DNA of 64,000 nucleotides, taken from NCBI RefSeq assembly GCF_009914755.1, contig NC_060928.1; one strand, written 5' to 3'. Below, piece after piece: positions 56,550 to 64,000 of the stretch. Each line of letters starts with the position of its first letter. Position 1 is the first letter of the stretch. A program made the translations under genes and the position numbers. Under the pieces are notes generated by a model. It was not told the origin of the DNA and searched no databases. It worked only from the letters and a program-made list of their open reading frames with translations. Source of the DNA: the human T2T-CHM13v2.0 reference genome, Homo sapiens.

Positions 56550-57663
56550 TGTGATACATACATACTGTGGAATACTACTCAGCAACATAAAAATACACCA
56601 CCATTGATACACAAAACTTGGGTAAATCTCAAGGGAGTTCAGGGTAAAAAAGTCAATCTCAAAAGGTTACATACTCTGTTATTCCACTTATGTAACTTTT
56701 TTAAATGATAAAATTATAAAAATAGAGACTAGACTAGTGGTTGCCAGGAGAAAGGAATGAAGGGGTTGGGTAGGAAGGTGGGTGAGGTTATAAAAAGGGC
56801 AACAAGAAGGCTCCTTGTAGTTAAGGAAGTGTTTTTATTTCGACTATTGTGTAGAGACAGGAACCTATATATGTGATAACATTTAATAGAACTATGTATT
56901 AGTTATACAAACACACACACACTTCAGAAATGAGTACAAGTAAAAATGGGGAAATCTAAATAAGATGAGTGGATATTGTCAATGTTAACATACTGGCTAT
57001 GATGTTCTGTAGTTTTGCAAGTTGTCACCATGGGAGAAAACTAGATAAAGGGTATATAGGATCTATGGGATCTCTTTGTATTATTTCTTACGATTGCATG
57101 TGAATCTATGATCATCTAAATTAAAATTTCAACTAAAAAGACTGACAATATCAAGTGTGTGTGAAAATGTGGAGAAACAAAAAATCTCATCCATTCCTGG
57201 TGAGAATGCAAAATGGTACACCCATTTTTGCAAAGGTTTTGTTAGTTTCTTATAAATTTTAACTATACACCTAGCAACCCAGGAATCCCACTCCTAGATA
57301 TTACTCAAGACAAATGAAATCACATATTGATATAAATATCTAAACGCAAATGCTTACAGAAGCTTCTTTCATATTAGCCAACAACTGGAAACAACTCAAA
57401 TGCTATGAACTTGTGAATGGATAAACAAATTGTGGTATAAGCTTACAGTGGAATACAGAATACTACTCAGGATTAAAAAGCTATGCTACTCATACATACT
57501 AAAAGATGGATGCATTCCAAAAGCATTATGCTAAGTAAAATAAGCCAGGCATAATCAACTATTTATTATATCATTTCACTTATATGACATCTCTAAAAAG
57601 ATAAAACTATTAAGAAATGAAACCAATGGTTGTCAGAGGCTGGGGATAAGAGGAGAAAATTGA

Positions 57664-57741
57664 TTAGGTTGGCACAAAAAGTAACTGCGGTTTTTTTTAC
57701 TTTTAATGGAAAGAACTGCAATTACTTTTGCACCAACCTAA
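57664..57741. mobile_element. MADE1 MITE (second, more diverged copy)
   Basis: TTAGGTTGGCACAAAAAGTAACTGCGG...CTGCAATTACTTTTGCACCAACCTAA followed by TA. Confidence 0.88.
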
Positions 57742-57744
57742 TAA

Positions 57745-59220
57745 GAACCGTTACTTAAGGTAAAGAGGATCTAAATCAATGAAGGATATAACAACTTCAT
57801 TGACTGGCAGAGTAAAGATATTAATAGAAACAAATCAATTCACCCAACACCACATTTATCTGTAGATTCAGTGCAATCCTAATCAAAATTTCAGATTAAA
57901 AAATAATTAAGAAGACTATTATAAAGTTTTATGGAAAGCAGAAGGCCAAAAGAAAAAAAAAAGCCAAGGCAATCTTGAGGGAAAAAGTGGGAGAATTTAT
58001 ACTATCAGATATTAAACTTATAAAGGTACAGTGATTAAGTGGATATAATATTGGCTCAAGGAAGGACAAAAAGACCAACGTATATAAGAGTACCTGATTT
58101 ATAACAAAGTTACCACTAAAATGCAGTGACAGATAACTGCTCAATAAATAATGCTGGATTAACTTGATAATTAAGAAAAGTAAAACTATTTGAACATAAA
58201 AGAATATCATCATGACCTTGGGATAGGCAATTTTTAAACAATAGGACACAAAAAGCATAACTACTAAAAAATACCAGATTAAATAAGAATCTTTGTTTAT
58301 AAAAATATGTCATTATGAGAGTGAAATGGCAAAGCACAGAATCTAAGAAGACATTTGCATTGCATACGCTATAAAATGACTTAAATCCAAAATATAAAAT
58401 AATTTCTACAAGCCAAGAAACTCAAGGGGAAAAAATGTGCAAATTTCTCGACAAGATAGGATATCCAAATGGACAGAAATCATATGTAACAGTGGCTGAT
58501 TCATTAGTCATCTGGGAAATGCAAATTCAAACCTCAATGTAATGCTAGTATAGAACCAAACAGAATTAAGAAAAGAAAGAGGAAAATGAAATACCAAATG
58601 TTGGTAAAGATGTAGAGCAATAGAGAGTAAAAATTAATAAAACCACTTGAGAAAACTGCTGGGCACTAGCTATTAAAGCTCATCATACACATACCCTAAA
58701 ATCCAGTAATTTTGTTCATATTATTAAAAAGAAATGTATGCACACGGATACCAAATATATGTACAAAACTATTAATTGCAGTATTCTTAAGACCCCCAAA
58801 CTGGAAAGAATCCAAATGTCCATTAGTAGTAAAATGTATTTTAAAAAGTATGGTATATCCACCCAGTGGAATACTGTGCAACAATTCAAAAAGGACAAAC
58901 AAAACAGTGTAAATGAATTTCACAAACATAATGTTAAGGGAAAGAAACCAGCACAGAAAGGACATATTGTTTGATTCAATTTATGTAAAGTTAAAAAAAA
59001 AACAGTTAATACTAATGGTAATGGAAGTCAGAAGAGTGGTTTTCTTTCTTGGGGGTAATGTCTGGAAATGGCAAGGTAGGTTTCTGAGATTAAAGTTACA
59101 GCCAACATCTTGATCCAGGTAATAAACAGGTTTGTTCAATTTGTAAAAAATTATACCATAGCAACTTAGGATTTGTGTATTTTCCTAAATATCCATGTTA
59201 GAGTTCAATGTAAGTTTACA
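57745..59220 (+). mobile_element. Old L1ME-like fragments
   Basis: GATTCAGTGCAATCCTAATCAAAAT, TCATTAGTCATC.GGGAAATGCAAAT, ATACCAAATGTTGGTAAAGATGTAGAGCAA. Confidence 0.65.
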
Positions 59221-59629
59221 AATGAAATGGGGGTAACAGATATACCCGTTAAAATGTAACATCAATTCTATCAGGATATACCATTATCAGTGTTCACACA
59301 TATAGAACAATAATGAGTAAAAAATATAGGCACACAGGGGTCTTCTAAACATTACAAATATATTCTTCTAAGAATACAGCCCTCAGAACTTAGCTAAATT
59401 TTGCCAGTGTGGTAATAATGGTGTGAATTTAAGAGTAGAAATGTAAACATGCAGTAAATTTCAAATAATTTTATTTTAAAATTGGCTAATTATAATTTTA
59501 CTATAACAGCAAGACTGGTAAGCAGAGGCTATATCTTGAAAATAAGATTAGCACAAATATTTGCACAATAAATGAATTTTTCACAGAAATTCTACAACAT
59601 AATCCTCAGGGTGTATCTCATCACTGCTA

Positions 59630-59817
59630 CATTCAGCCCTTCCTATCTGTGGATTCTGCATCTACAGATTCTCCCAATCACAGATGGAAAATACAATATT
59701 GGAGAGATGCAGAATCTGTAAATACAGGAGGCCAACTGTGGGACTTGAGCATACAAAGATTTTAGTACCCACCTGGGTTCCTGGAACCAATCCACCCAGG
59801 ATACAGTGGGACGACTG
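59630..59817. mobile_element. MER8-like Tigger-family MITE
   Basis: CATTCAGCCCT.. / ..GGGACGACTG termini with TA flanks; GGGACTTGAGCAT, TCCTGGAACCAATCC. Confidence 0.75.
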
Positions 59818-60140
59818 TAGTTGTAATCCTTCCAACTGCTAGGGCAAAGGAGTGAAAACATTAATTATCACCAAGTTCTCACAGTGTATTTCCTTGGACC
59901 ATTAGCTAGAAAACTCCATGTAAGTTTATTTAGCTACCGGTCTGTTTTTAAATTCTTCTATGTATACCATACATTTGTGTTTAAACACATTGTTATATTA
60001 TTAATTTTTTAGAATAAGATTTATATTAATTCAACAAATTTATAAAAAATATAACTGCAGAACACTACAATTTTCATGAAATTACAGAACAGAAGATACC
60101 TTGTTGGCCTTTTTAGAAACCTCTCTTTGGAGTAATAGGA

Positions 60141-60463
60141 TAGTTATTCATTAGTAAACATAGGGAGATTGTTTCCAGGACTCCTCTTGGATACCAAAAT
60201 CCTCAGACACTCCTGTCCCTTATATGAAATGGCACAACATTTATATATAACCTACGCATATGCTCTGTATACTTTAAATCATCTCTAGATTACTTACAAT
60301 ACCTAATACAATGCCTACACATCACTTCATTCAGGTGGACTCAGGTAGTACTTGGCACATAGCAAATTTGTTTTTCAGAACTTTAGAATTTTCTTTCCGA
60401 ATATTTTATCTGAGATTGGTTGCATCCAGGGATGTGGAACCCACAAATTCAAAAAGCCATTTG
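60141..60463. mobile_element. MER2/MER2B Tigger-family element
   Basis: GGATACCAAAATCC, TATACTTTAAATCATCTCTAGATTACTTA.AATACCTAATACAATG, GATGTGGAACCCAC. Confidence 0.8.
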
Positions 60464-60561
60464 TGTGTATGTATACATACAGCATGTGTATGCTGTGTTC
60501 TGGTGGGGAAAGAGGTCATGAAGAAGTGACGCAAGTTTACTGAGTGAAGAAACACACAAAT

Positions 60562-60567
60562 TTTATT
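60562..60567 (-). terminator. Candidate distal polyadenylation signal AATAAA
   Basis: TTTATT on + strand at the boundary of the repeat-free block, followed on the minus strand by UUUGUGUGUUUCUU. Confidence 0.55.
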
Positions 60568-63519
60568 TAGAAAATGAATGACCATGTTTGCAATAAACTC
60601 CCAAAATATCCGCCATAAGATGGCCATAATATTCTGATGATCAAGGAGCACACATATACAAAAGTTATTGGATTACTGCAATTCTCAGAGGCACAAAACC
60701 TGACATGGTGTGATATAGTATATAATCAGTCACGGGGGGGGGAAAAGAACATTAAGTCTTTAAAAAGGCTTAGGAAGACATAAACAGTAAATCTTTGTTT
60801 TTCTACCTTCCTTTGGACAGTGTTATATTTCACTTTCTTCTTTGCAAAATGTTTCCAAATTCATTTGCTCAGGATTTATTTAAGATAATAACTTAAAACA
60901 ACTAACAGTTGTTTATGCTATATGCATATCATGCATGTTCTACTGGTTCAAGGACAAAATTAAAACAAGATCTTCTCTGTAAAGCAAATATATTTATTAT
61001 GCACTTTCATATACACAGGGATTTTTTGAGTAATATCATACAAGGGATAAAATAAAACTTTTACAATGTGAAATTCAATGTACATTTTTGGCTATTTACA
61101 TACCTCAAACCAAGGGAAAAATAAAAAGAAAGCATTTGTTTGCAACTACATTTGCTGAGAAGTGTAAATGGAGGACATTAAGCAAAACAAATATTTGCAT
61201 AGCCAAAACAATATTGAGAAAAGTATTTACTTCTGTTTTTTAAGTATCAAACTATTTTTGGTGAGAATTCCAGTGAGGGTGGGGGTGAAAACAAAGAACA
61301 AAAATTATTGGCTGTACTTTGCAGTACGCACTGATTTCAGGTCATTTTTCCTTCCAAAACCTTTCTTAGAAACATTCAGATTTTTATTTCATTACTGTAT
61401 TTTTATCAATTTCCTTATTATAAACTCATGATATTTAGGGAATAGACACAGACGGAATGTTATAAAAATGTTATAAGCACATGCCATCATAGTTGTGTAG
61501 TGGCAACAGCTGATTTATAAAATTTAAAGATTTTAATTTCAAAAATATCTATTAAGGAGTTTTATATTTGGAGGACAATTTTTACTTTTTAATGGAGCAG
61601 AAGCCATTTTCATTTATAGTATTAAATCCCCCACAGAAACAAATAAGCAAGGCAGGGCATCTCCAGCACCCATCCTATCATCCTTATCCTAACTCAAAGT
61701 CATTTATGTTCTATTCCAAAACATAATTTATATAAAAACATCCCGAGGAATACTTACTTTTGAAAATCGTATTTTTCCAATAGGTTCTCTTCCTACCAAT
61801 TGCTTCAAGTGTATATAGTATGGATATGAAAACAGTTAGCTCTTTGAAAAACATAAATCCCTTATGCAATGTCATATCTTCGCCCTTTGGACACAAGGTG
61901 CAATTTTGTAAAAACAATAAAATTAAATAAATACAATTTCAATAATTCAAAGTTAATAGAAAAACTGGCAGCTTTCAGGGTTCTCTTTCTAAAGAAAATT
62001 ACATGTAATAGAAATTAGAGCTTCATCCTCTACAGTAATGTAAATGTACTGTATTTGAGATATGAGTAAAGTTGGTTCTAATAATAGTATGTGTTCATAT
62101 TTATTAATAGACTCATTAACACTTTTAAGGCTACTTTGCAAGAGTCCCATTAATTTTATTTACTAAATGTCCCATAGGGACAAGAATTCAATACTTGAAA
62201 CATTCACATTTGAGTTATTAATATTGCCATGTCACCTTAATATCAATTGAACTTATCAACTTATCTCGTAGTCCTCACTATGACTTATAGATGACAGACA
62301 AAATGAGTTTTGCTGACTTTAAAAAATAAAAGCAAGAAAAGCCTTACAATAAGATTCAAGTGAAACATTTATCATAATTATACATTTCTATTTCCACGAA
62401 CAATGTATCACATGTGTCCTTCATATATGAAGATGACATTACTGACCTTTGTTATTAGGACATATTCTAAAGATTTTGTTCTAGAAGTAGCAATGGTTTT
62501 GTGCTGAATCTCCAAATTCTCTTTCCTCATTCCTCATCAACAGTACATGAAAAGAACAGAATTTCTGGGTTCTATAAGATTAACAGGCCCATTCTAAGAT
62601 CAAATCCACAACCTTGGCTTCTAAACTGTTATGACAACTTTTCCAGACATATAAACGACCCATCTAAGCTACAGCTCCACTGATTTAAGAGTAAGGAGAC
62701 TAAGGCTGTGGGACACATGCTCATTTGAACCAATTTTACCTTCCTTGTCATGAATTTCTCTCTTAACCCTGGCATCCAGCCCTCCTGCATGCAATTGTAC
62801 AAAGAAGAAAACAGGAAAGAGTATGAGGATAGAAAAGTGCAAATCCATCACTATTAAGTAACAATAAAAAGTACACATGTGCTATGATTGACAGGTGAGT
62901 GGTGTCATCTGTGAAGGGCAGCACATTTTATATTCATCCAGAATATTCATCCAACCAAACCATTAAAATTAATCCAATTGATTTTGAGTGGGGCTATTTT
63001 GGTCATGCAGCAATTTACAAAATAGAAACCGCTGAGAGAGAAGCCAGCAAAATTAATTTATTTAGCCAGGAGGAAGAGGTCAGTTTAGTCAATGAATTAT
63101 TCAGGGATCAAAAATCTACCCTTAGATAGACAGGTGCATTTCTCTCTGCACACACATGTGACTGAGGCATGGCTTTGTCCCTGAGAATTTTCATGCCTCA
63201 GGAATGATAGTCTGTCTTCTTAGAGGTGGAATGACAAAGTGAATGGAAGATGAAATTGTATCCCAGCGGATGAAATAGGACTTTGTTCTGCCTACAGACT
63301 GGTTGGTTGTTTGTTCTGACATGTTTAGCCAGAGATGAGAAGAATTCTACTGGGAAAATCCAGATTTAAACTACTTAAAGCAGCTCCCTAAACTACTATA
63401 AAATATTTTTTTTAAACTGCCAAGAAATCATTTTTTCATTTCAATGTGATATTTATATAGAAAATGATTTTTATCCAATGCTGAAGGTGTAGTGAACATA
63501 GAACAGTTGCAAGATTTGT

Positions 63520-63525
63520 TTTATT
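63520..63525 (-). terminator. Candidate proximal polyadenylation signal AATAAA
   Basis: Preceded on the minus strand by several UGUA elements (63543-63635) and followed by UGUUCUAUGUU. Confidence 0.5.
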
Positions 63526-64000
63526 GAGCAACGTCTTTAAAGATACAAGAAACAGGCCATACACTACAATGCAATGTGACTGAAACAGTATGTTTAAGTT
63601 TCTTTTGCCACAAAAAGAAAAAAAAATAAATACAAGGAACACTGCCTTTTCATATATATTTGATTATGGCACATGCACATTTTTTATCACATCTTAACTT
63701 AAAATACTCAAATTTTCTTTTCAGCTTTTATCAGGGAACTGCAGTATGTATCTGCATTTTTAAAAAGTGCTTATTCCTGTGTAGTGAATACAAAGCACAC
63801 AAAATGAAATTTTTTAAGCACAGAGGGTTACATTGAGAAGGCAGCCTTACTATTTAGGCACATTACAGTAATTAAGGTAACTGTACTGCAGAGATCACAT
63901 TCTTCATTTTTTTTGTTTTTTCAGCAAATCAACAGGCATATGTTTCCATCCAGTAGCTGAAGAACCACTCCATCACAATGTCTTCTGTTTCACAGAATAG

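Larger units (their letters stand above)
53070..57134 (+). mobile_element. Nested L1MD/L1MC-like element (5'UTR-like start, ORF2 remnants, L1MD-type 3' end)
   Basis: TSD AAAAAGACTGA (53059-53069 / 57135-57145); ORF2-like SSPDGLAEECYQSFKEEL at 53596; 3' end TTATTTCTTAC.ATTGCATGTGAATCTA. Confidence 0.75.
51970..57660 (+). mobile_element. Old L1M host element (51970-53069 and 57135-57660) split by a nested L1
   Basis: Degenerate ORF2/3'UTR sequence resumes in register after the repeated AAAAAGACTGA. Confidence 0.75.
60545..64000 (-). other. Probable distal 3'UTR of an unidentified minus-strand gene extending beyond the window
   Basis: ~3.5 kb with no recognisable repeat in an otherwise repeat-dense window; U-rich on the minus strand, with AATAAA signals and UGUA elements; no ORF. 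Confidence 0.6.

Overview
This is AT-rich primate (human or great-ape-like) genomic DNA, mostly intergenic and dense in transposable elements, with no recognisable cellular protein-coding exon. The only long ORFs belong to a full-length but inactivated L1PA4-like LINE-1 (8375-14551, minus strand). Other repeats include a complete MST (MaLR) LTR-int-LTR element, several solo LTRs (MER57, MER4, THE1/MST, MER31, LTR40a and a CpG-rich LTR12/ERV9), Alus, old L1M/L2/MIR fragments, Tigger-family DNA transposons and two MADE1 hairpins. The last ~3.5 kb is free of recognisable repeats and looks like the distal 3'UTR of an unidentified minus-strand gene. The most unusual structures are two independent ~230-250 bp locally templated duplications, one direct with inverted flanks and one inverted; both look like fossil template-switch repair events. 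I see no convincing evidence for a novel multi-gene system. Repeat subfamily names come from remembered consensus sequences and need RepeatMasker/Dfam confirmation.
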